Source: Candidatus Thorarchaeota archaeon (GTDB lineage: Archaea; Asgardarchaeota; Thorarchaeia; Thorarchaeales; Thorarchaeaceae). Taken from it: a DNA stretch of 25,878 bases. Under the pieces are notes generated by a model. It was not told where the DNA came from, did no database searches, and was given only the letters and a program-made list of their open reading frames with translations. The stretch lies in the NCBI GenBank assembly GCA_048884785.1, contig JBHLQM010000034.1, positions 8,870 through 34,747 on the forward strand, in the 5' to 3' direction. This document shows, in pieces, positions 7,535-15,979 of the stretch. The first letter of the stretch is position 1. Each line of letters begins with the position of its first letter. The translations under genes were made by a program, and so were the position numbers.

Positions 7535-8656
7535 ATGAATCTTGGATACTCGGACCAGCTGAATGAATTTGTGCGATTGGCAAGGCAGAATCCAAATATC
7601 ATTGACCTTTCCATGTGTGATCCACCCAGATTTGGCTTCTTACCCGATAGAACAATCTATAGCTCAGATGACATACGGGAGTATGAGCAGGGATATCCAG
7701 ACCCACATAATCAGCTCATTCACGGCATCGTGTCGCGAACGAAAGAATTCACAGGGCAGTTGGTTGATGAATCTGAGGTTTTGATCACAAATGGATTGGC
7801 AGGTGCATTTGCATCACTTGCTATTTCTCTTCATGGACTGACAATTGGAATACAAAGCCCATTCTACGCACCTCTCTATGAATTCTTCCGCAAGACTATG
7901 GACTTGTGGTACTTCAGATGTACTCCTGAATTGGAATGGGCCGTTGACATAGACCTGCTCAGAAAGGATCTTGAAGTGCAAGAAAAGAACCGCGTGCTGG
8001 TGGTAGTTACTCCAAACAATCCGACAGGTCATGTCCTGAGTCGAAGAGAGATGATTGAGATCATTGATCTGGCTGGGGAATACGACCAGATTCTCTTGTC
8101 AGATGAGGTCTATGATGAGATGTCCTTTGTGCCCTTTACCTCAGCGTTAGGAATCTCAAAGGATGTCCCAGTAATTTACACTCACGGGTTTAGCAAGGTA
8201 TGGAGAGCGCCGGAAATAAGGCTAGGATTCATGATTCTGCACGACCCTGAAATGAAGGCAACTTTAGAATTCTCTGAGATTCGGCGAATCAGTAATCTTG
8301 GATTTGGTGTAAATCCCAATTCTCAACTGAAAGGTATTCAATTGCTCAGAGAAAGCAAGGAGTTCCGTGCGAAACAATTCGAAGAGCTTCAAAGAAGGCG
8401 AGATGCGTTGAATGCAGCTATCAGGGAATCGGCCAATCTCAAAGGCATTCCAGCTAAGGGTGCAACTTACCAATTGATTCAGACACCTTGGAATGATTGG
8501 GAGCTCTGCCAGTATCTTGCAGAAGAACATAACTATCTTATTTCTCCGGCCAGTGCTTTTGATCAATTCATAGGTGATAATTACATACGAATGGTATTCC
8601 TCAACAAGGCTGAATATCTCGTGGATTGTGTACGCAAAATCGATCAGATGAAGTAA
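7535..8656 (+). CDS. PLP-dependent aminotransferase class I/II (AlaA/aspartate aminotransferase-like)
   Basis: Motifs 'TPNNPTG', 'LSDEVYD', PLP lysine in 'HGFSKVWRAPEIRLG' and C-terminal 'YIRMVF'. Confidence 0.9.
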   Translation: MNLGYSDQLNEFVRLARQNPNIIDLSMCDPPRFGFLPDRTIYSSDDIREYEQGYPDPHNQLIHGIVSRTKEFTGQLVDESEVLITNGLAGAFASLAISLHGLTIGIQSPFYAPLYEFFRKTMDLWYFRCTPELEWAVDIDLLRKDLEVQEKNRVLVVVTPNNPTGHVLSRREMIEIIDLAGEYDQILLSDEVYDEMSFVPFTSALGISKDVPVIYTHGFSKVWRAPEIRLGFMILHDPEMKATLEFSEIRRISNLGFGVNPNSQLKGIQLLRESKEFRAKQFEELQRRRDALNAAIRESANLKGIPAKGATYQLIQTPWNDWELCQYLAEEHNYLISPASAFDQFIGDNYIRMVFLNKAEYLVDCVRKIDQMK

Positions 8657-8727
8657 AGCAGTGTTGATTTACAGGTGCACCTGCTAGTTTATAGCCCATT
8701 TTTCTGAATGGAGCGGTGGTTAGGAAT

Positions 8728-9438
8728 ATGCAAAAAGTCATGGTAATCAATGGTAGTCCTAGAATTGAGAAGGGGAACACCGCTCTGATTCTCAATCCAT
8801 TTATTGAGGGCATGAAGGAAGCTGGCGCATCTGTTGACCTCGTCTACACAAAAAAGATGAAGATTAGAGGATGCATGGGTGAATTTCAATGCTGGTATGA
8901 GAAAATCGGTGTATGTATGCATAATGATGACATGAATGACCTATATCCAAAACTCAGGGAAACCGATATTCTAGTTTTGGCAACACCAATCTATATTCCG
9001 CTTCCAGGAGAGATGCAGAATCTGATTAACAGGCTCTGTCCTTTAGTTGAACCTGTTCTGGAGTTTCGAAACGGGCGAACCCGCGCACGTCTTCACAAGA
9101 ATGTAAGAATCTCAAAATTCGTATTGGTTGGAACTGGCGGCTGGTGGGAGATTGGCAATTTTGACACTCTGCTTCGCATAGTAGAGGAACTCGCACTGAA
9201 TACGAACACCGAATTCACTGGAGCGGTGATTCGTCCTCATTCGTCCCTTATGAGATATGAGAATGAGAATACGGACAGGGTCAATAAGGCCTTGAGAGAA
9301 GCAGGAAGACAATTAGTCAAAGAAGGAAGATTCTCTAGGGCAACATTAGATGCAATTAGTGAACCCCTAATATCTGAAGAGGAATATCGAAGGATTCTCA
9401 ACAAGGACTATGAGGATGCTCGAGGGAATCAGAAATGA
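8728..9438 (+). CDS. Flavodoxin family / iron-sulfur flavoprotein-like (NADPH-dependent FMN reductase fold)
   Basis: Motifs 'KVMVINGSPR..KGNT', 'GCMGEFQCW......C...DDM', 'DILVLATPIY' and 'MQNLINR'. ATG 8728 is preferred over GTG 8716. Confidence 0.85.
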   Translation: MQKVMVINGSPRIEKGNTALILNPFIEGMKEAGASVDLVYTKKMKIRGCMGEFQCWYEKIGVCMHNDDMNDLYPKLRETDILVLATPIYIPLPGEMQNLINRLCPLVEPVLEFRNGRTRARLHKNVRISKFVLVGTGGWWEIGNFDTLLRIVEELALNTNTEFTGAVIRPHSSLMRYENENTDRVNKALREAGRQLVKEGRFSRATLDAISEPLISEEEYRRILNKDYEDARGNQK

Positions 9439-9464
9439 GAGGCCTCTCATTCAAACTCCCTCGA
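9420..9464. terminator. Inverted repeat between convergent genes; candidate bidirectional terminator
   Basis: TCGAGGGA...AATGAGAGGCCTCTCATT...TCCCTCGA spans the flavodoxin stop codon and lies 20 nt from the stop of the 9484..10455 gene. Confidence 0.55.
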
Positions 9465-9483
9465 AAGTTTGGGTAAGAATCGT

Positions 9484-10455
9484 TTATCTTTCGATGTCCT
9501 TGGGAAGAATGTATGCATAGTAGCGTCTCATTACTTTTGAGCGGATGAATCTATGTGCCTTCCGCATTCTAAGGTATAGTTTCCATGTCGAAGCATCGTC
9601 CTTGTAATAGTCCTCGACTTCATCAACTGAAATTGGCTCGAGATTATACTTCATGGCTTCAGTCATAATGAACTCGTTCACAACTTCAGTGATTATGGGA
9701 ACCATATCAGAAAGCTGTTCCTTGTAGAAATTGGCAATCAAGTCAATCATGACCTTACGGAAGTCATAGTACCTATCGACTATCTCTTGAAGATAGAACT
9801 TCTTGAGCACCCAGCGGATTCCTGGAGGTGTTGGTTTGAGGAAGAGCTGAACATCGAGTTGCTCTTGATCATTTACCCTGAAGAGGGGTGTGCTGGTATC
9901 GATGTAAAACAACTTCGGAGACTCACCCAATACTTGAATGCCGGGAGCATAGTCCTTTAGCGCCCAATTTGATATTTGTCCGTCAATTGCAACCTGAACA
10001 GCATCAACATTGCTGGAATTGAGGTTCCAGACTTTCAGGAGCTCTCGGAGAACAGCCAATACCAGTTTCTTGACTTCATCAAGGGGCAATGAATGAATCA
10101 ATTTGTTTCCTATAGATTCCTCATGCAATTTCCTTTGATACAGATAAAGGACAATGCGTTTCCTGTCTGTGTAGACTGTGGTTGCACCATATTCTGGGAT
10201 ATCTATCCCTATCTGGTTCAGTAGTTCATGATATCGATTGTAGACTTTCGTGTATGCCGCAACCTGTTCTTGCGAATCAAAGAGGGGCATCCTCTTGAAC
10301 GCGATTGATTTCTGTGATTCCTCAAGCACCTCGAATACTGTGCTAATCTCTCCATATCCAAGAACCTTGGCCGGGATTGGCGATTCCTCAGGTTTTGCTG
10401 GATTAAGCTTCTCTTCAAATTCCTTTAACACATCTGTATCAATCTCTAATGTCAT
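9484..10455 (-). CDS. DUF6206-like protein with protein-kinase-like motifs
   Basis: Gly loop 'VLGYGEISTV', VAIK-like 'IAFKRMP', catalytic-loop-like 'AIDGQISNW' (DxxxxN) and 'FYIDTSTP'. Strong AAGGAGGAGGAG RBS. Confidence 0.7.
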   Translation of the reverse strand: MTLEIDTDVLKEFEEKLNPAKPEESPIPAKVLGYGEISTVFEVLEESQKSIAFKRMPLFDSQEQVAAYTKVYNRYHELLNQIGIDIPEYGATTVYTDRKRIVLYLYQRKLHEESIGNKLIHSLPLDEVKKLVLAVLRELLKVWNLNSSNVDAVQVAIDGQISNWALKDYAPGIQVLGESPKLFYIDTSTPLFRVNDQEQLDVQLFLKPTPPGIRWVLKKFYLQEIVDRYYDFRKVMIDLIANFYKEQLSDMVPIITEVVNEFIMTEAMKYNLEPISVDEVEDYYKDDASTWKLYLRMRKAHRFIRSKVMRRYYAYILPKDIER

Positions 10456-10468
10456 TACTCCTCCTCCT

Positions 10469-11746
10469 TCACAGATTTCTTGCCATCTCTACATATTCAG
10501 GACGATCTTGGGCATATTTGAATGCCTTATCCATTGACTCTTGGATATATGGCACATCTTCTTCTCCAAGTATTAACGGAGGCAGAAACTGCAGAACTGA
10601 CCTATCATTATCAGCATAAACGGCAAAGATGCCATTGTTAATACAGGCGATACTCATCAATGGTCCATACCCTCTGTCACTCATCTTAAGCCCCATGAAG
10701 AGCCCTTTCCGTCTTATCTCTAGAAAGATATCCGGATACTTCTCCATTAGAGGTGCCAAGCTCTTAGTAACCAGATCACTGAGCATGTTCACATGTGTCA
10801 AGAACCCATCTTCTGTTATAATATCAATCACTTCTGAGGCCACAATGCAGCCAACCTCGGCTCCCCCAAAAGTGGAGACATGAATGAAGGGATTTTCATT
10901 CATGAAAGAGTCGAGGTCTTCTCTATAGCAGGTTGCAGAGATAGGATAGACTCCTCCTGAGAGTCCCTTTCCAATAGCAATAATGTCAGGGACCACGTTG
11001 TAATGCTCAAAACCCCACAACTTGCCAGTTCGCCCGAGCCCCGTCTGTATTTCGTCGAGAATCAGAAGGACTCCTTTTTCATCACATATTTCTCTCACTT
11101 GTGGATAGAAGTCATCTGGTGGTAAAGGCATTCCGAGAGTGGCTGGAATGGTCTCGAAGATCACTGCGGCGGTCTGGTCATCAATTGCCTCTTTCACAGC
11201 ATCCGCATTGCCAAAAGGAACATCAATGAATCCTGGTGCCAGTGGCTCAAAGGGAGCCTTGAAGTGAGGATCACCGGCGGCGAGTGCAAGCCCCGTGTGT
11301 CCATGATACCCTGAAGTCGCATAGATTATCTTGTGCTTCTTGGTATAACCTCGCGCAAGTTTGATGGCAAAGTCAACAGCCTCTCCCCCTCCCACACCAA
11401 AGACCGTTCTTGTTATTTCTGACGGTGTGTTGTCTGCAAGTTTCTTTCCTAGCAGCGCTCTTTGCTCGCTTATTAGATGATGATTGCCAATATCGAGCTC
11501 CGACAATGCATCTCTCAGAGTTTCAACAATACGCGGGTGGCGATGCCCCAGATTGAACACACCACCATTGCAATGGCAGTTCAATAGACGCCTGTCTTCG
11601 GACACATCCCACATCCAGACTCCCTCGCGCTTACCCAATACGAAGCCCAAATCAAATGCCATATAGAATTCGACCTTTCCGGACGAAACATGGGCCCCGA
11701 AGCGTTCGATTACTGAGTCTTTGGGAATGACACCGATATGCCTCAT
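10469..11746 (-). CDS. Class III PLP-dependent aminotransferase (acetylornithine/putrescine aminotransferase family)
   Basis: Motifs 'FNLGHRHP', 'GGGEAVDFAIKLAR', 'GYHGHT', 'LILDEIQTGLGRTG', PLP lysine in 'GKGLSGG' and 'STFGG'. ATG 11746 chosen over the ORF start at 11824. Confidence 0.92.
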   Translation of the reverse strand: MRHIGVIPKDSVIERFGAHVSSGKVEFYMAFDLGFVLGKREGVWMWDVSEDRRLLNCHCNGGVFNLGHRHPRIVETLRDALSELDIGNHHLISEQRALLGKKLADNTPSEITRTVFGVGGGEAVDFAIKLARGYTKKHKIIYATSGYHGHTGLALAAGDPHFKAPFEPLAPGFIDVPFGNADAVKEAIDDQTAAVIFETIPATLGMPLPPDDFYPQVREICDEKGVLLILDEIQTGLGRTGKLWGFEHYNVVPDIIAIGKGLSGGVYPISATCYREDLDSFMNENPFIHVSTFGGAEVGCIVASEVIDIITEDGFLTHVNMLSDLVTKSLAPLMEKYPDIFLEIRRKGLFMGLKMSDRGYGPLMSIACINNGIFAVYADNDRSVLQFLPPLILGEEDVPYIQESMDKAFKYAQDRPEYVEMARNL

Positions 11747-11891
11747 GGAAACAACCACACTGAATTCACAGGGATGCTTCGGTGACGTATCTCTCTTTCT
11801 GTTGATGGGATGGACGTGATTCACAGCATCATTGACAAGTGATGAGGTTTATAGGACAATTTCATTATTAGATTTGGAGCAAACTGATACA

Positions 11892-12158
11892 ATGAGTACG
11901 AAGAAGATTGTGCTACAGCTTACTCAAGGGCAGAGAGAGCATATGAAGATGATAACAGGGCTTGGCCCGGCTCGACTGACAATAGAACTTGGTCCTAAGC
12001 TCGAAACGCCATTCGGAAAACCATGGTCAACGAAGATGGCCTCCAAAGCACTTCAACTGAATGCAGACCAACGCATCGTCGTCAAAGAAGCTACTGGAGA
12101 AAATTTCGAGTACATCGTTATTTCAAAAGCCTCCGTTGATAAGTGGATGCGTGGCTAA
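11892..12158 (+). CDS. Small hypothetical protein with two internal ~30-aa repeats
   Basis: ATG 11892 with GGAG upstream and TTTATA at about 11849. Repeats 'LQLTQGQREHMKMITG' and 'LQLNADQRIVVKEATG'. Confidence 0.7.
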   Translation: MSTKKIVLQLTQGQREHMKMITGLGPARLTIELGPKLETPFGKPWSTKMASKALQLNADQRIVVKEATGENFEYIVISKASVDKWMRG

Positions 12159-12332
12159 ATCAGAGCTGGAAAGTGAGTTGAGGCTTCATATCTCTCTTGA
12201 CGATCGGGTAGGTTCTAGGAATGCTGTTCAATACAGTAAGAAAACTTTAGGTCCGCATTGATTCTATTTTGGAATCGCTGACCTATTCTGTTTCAATAGT
12301 GGCTATGCTCACTATTATTATATACATCAGAC

Positions 12333-13271
12333 ATGAAGGACTCGAAAGAAGGAAGTAGCCTAATGGGTTCTGGAATCATCTTGCAACCTCTCGATATTGA
12401 ACATATTGATACATGGCTTGACATTCACAGGTCAGTATATTCTCGCTACCCCTGGCCAAAGAGAATTGAACAATCCGATGTTGAAGAACTTCTTGATTCT
12501 CCTGAGAAACAAGTCATAATGGCGCTCACTGAGGGGGATGTTTTCGGAATTGCCGTCCTACAAGGCGAATCCGATTCTGATATAATCACATTGAAGGATT
12601 TTTCCGCTCGAAATTCAACAGCTGAGTTGGTTGATGCATTTCTTGAGAAACTCATCTCCATTGCGAGAGAATTGGGAGCTAGAAAAATCAACACATGGAT
12701 GTGGAGCTCCGAAGAGGAACTGCTAACTGCCCTGATGCAGGACGGATTTGTAGTCGAATTGGAACACAGTCTTGTGTCAAGGAATTTGACAATCATTCCA
12801 GTGAGCGAACCAGTCAACAACCTAGAGATTCATTCATTGTCTGACAGAGTTTCAATAGCTGATTTTGTGAAATGTAATCGCAAGGCGTTCAAGGAAGACC
12901 CTTCTCGCCCACTCGAAGAGAGTGAGCTAGAGGATTGGATTACTAATTCAGAAGGGTTTCATCCTGAGTTTCAACTAGTCGCTATCCTTGATGGGGAGAT
13001 TGTAGGAACTGTCATGTCCGAGATGACCACGCATCAAAACTCCTCCATTGCATGGACTCATGGCCTGGGCGTATTGAAAGAGTACCGACGACGGGACATT
13101 GCCAGCAATCTACTCACCGAGCTCATGATTCGTCTGAGAAAACGAGGAGTAAATGCCCTATGGCTCTTTACTGATACAATAGGGCCTATCAGAGAGTTCT
13201 ATGATAGTCTCGGATTTACTCAGTACGTCAATTGGATGGATATGAACCTAGATCTCTATGCTGAATCGTAA
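12333..13271 (+). CDS. Tandem-domain GNAT N-acetyltransferase (MshD-like architecture)
   Basis: C-terminal domain has 'GLGVLKEYRRRDIASNLL' and 'FYDSLGF'. The N-terminal GNAT domain is degenerate ('..QDGF'). Confidence 0.85.
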   Translation: MKDSKEGSSLMGSGIILQPLDIEHIDTWLDIHRSVYSRYPWPKRIEQSDVEELLDSPEKQVIMALTEGDVFGIAVLQGESDSDIITLKDFSARNSTAELVDAFLEKLISIARELGARKINTWMWSSEEELLTALMQDGFVVELEHSLVSRNLTIIPVSEPVNNLEIHSLSDRVSIADFVKCNRKAFKEDPSRPLEESELEDWITNSEGFHPEFQLVAILDGEIVGTVMSEMTTHQNSSIAWTHGLGVLKEYRRRDIASNLLTELMIRLRKRGVNALWLFTDTIGPIREFYDSLGFTQYVNWMDMNLDLYAES

Positions 13272-14774
13272 TCAGCCTTTACTCCTTCTACCATTTTTCT
13301 TATTGTTTGATACCAAATGATTCCATAGGTCAATTATGGGTGCAAACGTATTCCTCAGACCATCGACTGTAGAGAGGTTCCTAAAGCCTCTTCTTGCCTC
13401 TGCAAGTATCGCGGCAATCATTACACGTTCCTCCACTTCTCCAACCTCTTTGATTATGGAGAGTCTGTGAATGGCGTATAGTCCAATCAGGAAAGAAACA
13501 ATGAAGAGGAAATCAAGACCTGTGAACATTATCGCAGGAATCTCTATCGGAACACCATCTTGAATGACAACTGATGAAATAACAAACTGCGTTTCAGAGA
13601 GTAAATCTGCGATTACACCGCCAACGAAGGGTGCTATAGCTGCTGCAAATGAATTAGCAAAACTCCATGATGCAAGGTAGGGTGTGGCTTCTCCCCTTGG
13701 GGCAAGCTTCAGTGCCATATTGCCAGAAGCTAGGTTGATACCTGCAGCACCGAATCCAAGTAAAACATGAATTCCCACAATAAGTGGAAGAACAATTCCG
13801 CTTAGAAGGGGCATCCCGGCGAATATCCAGAACAGAACCCCAAGCATAAACACAGGAGCTGTGATTTGTAGTACGTCCTTGTTGCTGAAGCGATCAGATA
13901 GTCTTCCCCAGAGGCGATAAAAGAGAATACTTGTCGCTTGTGTTACAACAAGAAGCAGAGTAACGATTGATATCGGAAATCCAAGTCGTACGAGCAGATA
14001 TACAGTAAAGAATGGTGCAACAAGAGCAGTAGCAAAGCTCCATGTACTTGAGAAGAACATGAGATTCCTATAGTTTTCGCTTCTGTGAGGTTTTTTGATG
14101 AGTTCTGAGAATTTGGGTATCTCAACAAGAGGCGTCATCGACTGCTCAGGGATGGTAGATAGAATGTATACGCCTACCATGCCTGCAATGAAGCCAGCAA
14201 AGAACACAAAGGAATAGCCAATCAGCTCTTGACCTATCATGGAAATAGTCCACCATTCTAGGAAAAATCCTGTCATGATTGTGGCAACTAGACCTACAAT
14301 CGTCTGAACAAGTAGCCGTTTGGAGAAGAATCGGCCAAGCCGCTCCTCGGGTATCAAGTCCCTCATCCATGAGTTCCACGCCGTTGTTGATGCTGCATTG
14401 AAAACGGCATGTGTAATCACAGAAAGAACGAGCAGTATCAATCCCTCAGCACCTGGCATGAGGAGAGGAATTAGTGCCATAACAAAGATGGACGACCGGC
14501 TTGCTGCTGAGGCCAAAACAGCAATCATTCGTCGTTTCCGATATCTCTCGACAAGATATATCGATGGTAACTGGAGGAGTTGTGCTAATGGCGGAATCGC
14601 GGCAAGTAGCCCAATGATTGAATTTGATGCCCCAAGAGCAAGGGCAAATGCCACCAAGAAGACGCTCTCTGTCAGTGTAAGTTTAATCTGTGAGGCAACG
14701 CCATCTCGGACAACGGCGTTTAGCCCCTTTTCGACCTCTTCATCAGTGAGGGCTTCTTTGGTTTCGAATTTCAT
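13272..14774 (-). CDS. Major facilitator superfamily transporter
   Basis: About 12 TM helices. Motif A-like 'WGRLSDRFSNK' and 'LVERYRKRR'; also 'WMRDLIPEERLGRFFS'. Confidence 0.9.
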   Translation of the reverse strand: MKFETKEALTDEEVEKGLNAVVRDGVASQIKLTLTESVFLVAFALALGASNSIIGLLAAIPPLAQLLQLPSIYLVERYRKRRMIAVLASAASRSSIFVMALIPLLMPGAEGLILLVLSVITHAVFNAASTTAWNSWMRDLIPEERLGRFFSKRLLVQTIVGLVATIMTGFFLEWWTISMIGQELIGYSFVFFAGFIAGMVGVYILSTIPEQSMTPLVEIPKFSELIKKPHRSENYRNLMFFSSTWSFATALVAPFFTVYLLVRLGFPISIVTLLLVVTQATSILFYRLWGRLSDRFSNKDVLQITAPVFMLGVLFWIFAGMPLLSGIVLPLIVGIHVLLGFGAAGINLASGNMALKLAPRGEATPYLASWSFANSFAAAIAPFVGGVIADLLSETQFVISSVVIQDGVPIEIPAIMFTGLDFLFIVSFLIGLYAIHRLSIIKEVGEVEERVMIAAILAEARRGFRNLSTVDGLRNTFAPIIDLWNHLVSNNKKNGRRSKG

Positions 14775-14904
14775 ATCACTCTGGCCTTGACCCCCCTCTG
14801 CGGCGAGATTGGCCTTTTAGCATTACGGCATGGCAAAATCCGTATGGGTGATGAATTCAGGTCTTGCTGAGATTAGAGTCCAAGGATAGTACAATAATCT
14901 AGAT

Positions 14905-14937
14905 CCACTCTAAGATATGGCAGAGTAGTTAGAGTGG
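14905..14937. terminator. 9-bp inverted repeat just downstream of the RHH gene
   Basis: CCACTCTAA-N15-TTAGAGTGG, 3 nt beyond the stop at 14941. Confidence 0.4.
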
Positions 14938-14940
14938 GAA

Positions 14941-15270
14941 CTATTCGAGTTTCTCTAATACTGCCTCTTGAGCGCTCTTTACAGCCTCATCTTTTCTACG
15001 TTCGAGTGACGATGCCTGCTCTCGTATCTCTGCAAACAGATCAGCACTTGAAGACATGGCACTCTCAACAAGGGCCGCTGCAGCCTCAGACCTACTCTTG
15101 AAGATTCCAAGCGCCACAAGCGAGTCCAGAGTCTGAACGACCTTCTTGTTCATCCTGGCCATGACTGTGACTTCTCTGTCTTCTTCCTCGAACCCCTCGG
15201 CAGCTAACTTGTCGAGCATTTTTTCTCGCAAGGTTGGCCGTTTCTCCTTTTTCTTATCATCCTTTGACAT
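14941..15270 (-). CDS. CopG/ribbon-helix-helix transcriptional regulator with C-terminal coiled coil
   Basis: 'VTVMARMNKKVVQTLDSLVALGIFKSRSEAAAALV' fits the RHH pattern (beta strand, helix, G.F.SRSE helix). ATG 15270 is preferred because a TTTATAAG box lies about 35 bp upstream. Confidence 0.8.
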   Translation of the reverse strand: MSKDDKKKEKRPTLREKMLDKLAAEGFEEEDREVTVMARMNKKVVQTLDSLVALGIFKSRSEAAAALVESAMSSSADLFAEIREQASSLERRKDEAVKSAQEAVLEKLE

Positions 15271-15303
15271 CTGAATCAGCTCATGTTGATTTTCGTATCT
15301 AAG

Positions 15304-15337
15304 CTTATAAATCTGTGTATCTTGTATCAATGATACA
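15304..15337 (-). promoter_or_regulatory. TATA box plus heptad-repeat candidate operator upstream of the RHH gene
   Basis: TGTATCT-TGTATCA-A-TGATACA (15316-15337) adjoins the minus-strand TTTATAAG (15311-15304). Confidence 0.6.
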
Positions 15338-15378
15338 TATTACTGAAAGCAGGGTTTGCAATGGCGTGAAGAACACCA

Positions 15379-15771
15379 TTACTTGATGAACTGGTCCTTC
15401 GCAGATGTTGTCGATGCAATCTTGGATCTCTCTTTTTCTAAATCTTGAGAGTCCACTGCCTTTTCTACATCCTTTGATTCCGCTTTTCTATTGCGACTTG
15501 AAGTAAAGTTTGAGTATGTCCAGTCAATCACATATATTTCAGCCAGAAGAATCACTATTGCGAGTCCTGGCAAAATGAAAAATGGTAGAGCCGCCAGGGC
15601 AACTATGGTGATCAAACCCGCAGAGGTCTTGGCATGGTATCGAGCTGACTCTGAAACATAACTCTTAGCTTTAACATATTCCCGTGTTTCAAAGGAGGAT
15701 AACTCTGGCGCGAAACCAGTCAGTATCTCGCCTTCCGCCTTGATGCTTTTTGATTCCAAAGATGTTTCCAT
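15379..15771 (-). CDS. Small membrane protein (hydrophobic hairpin), hypothetical
   Basis: Central hydrophobic stretch 'AGLITIVALAALPFFILPGLAIVILLAEIYVI'. ATG 15771 preceded by AGGTG RBS. Confidence 0.7.
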   Translation of the reverse strand: METSLESKSIKAEGEILTGFAPELSSFETREYVKAKSYVSESARYHAKTSAGLITIVALAALPFFILPGLAIVILLAEIYVIDWTYSNFTSSRNRKAESKDVEKAVDSQDLEKERSKIASTTSAKDQFIK

Positions 15772-15795
15772 TCTTTTCACCTACAACAGGTATTA

Positions 15796-15829
15796 TGATA
15801 CATGTATCACGTATCACGTATATTATATA
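15796..15829 (-). promoter_or_regulatory. Heptad-repeat candidate operator plus TATA-like element
   Basis: TGATACA-TGTATCA-CGTATCA-CGTATAT (15796-15823), including the perfect palindrome TGATACATGTATCA. An AT-rich TATATAAT on the minus strand is adjacent. Confidence 0.6.
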
Positions 15830-15979
15830 CACAACACTCGATATATATCTTATGTAAACGAGCTTATGCACTAATAAGGGGCGGACAAATGAGCTGCTGC
15901 GCTGCTAGATAGGGCGAAAGATTCATTCTGAAGTTTTACTCATACAAATGAGATGTAAGTCTGGAAGAGCGTCAGTGGT

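Noticed and set aside
11747-11824. 26-aa N-terminal extension of the class III aminotransferase
   Set aside because: It does not resemble the family and overlaps the divergent promoter region. ATG 11746 has a GTGG-type RBS.
13260-13285. Zero-gap tail-to-tail junction of the GNAT and MFS genes
   Set aside because: Abutting convergent stops are common in compact archaeal genomes.
15271-15330. Longer TTG-start version of the RHH gene
   Set aside because: The extension covers the TATA box and heptad repeats, which are better explained as promoter.
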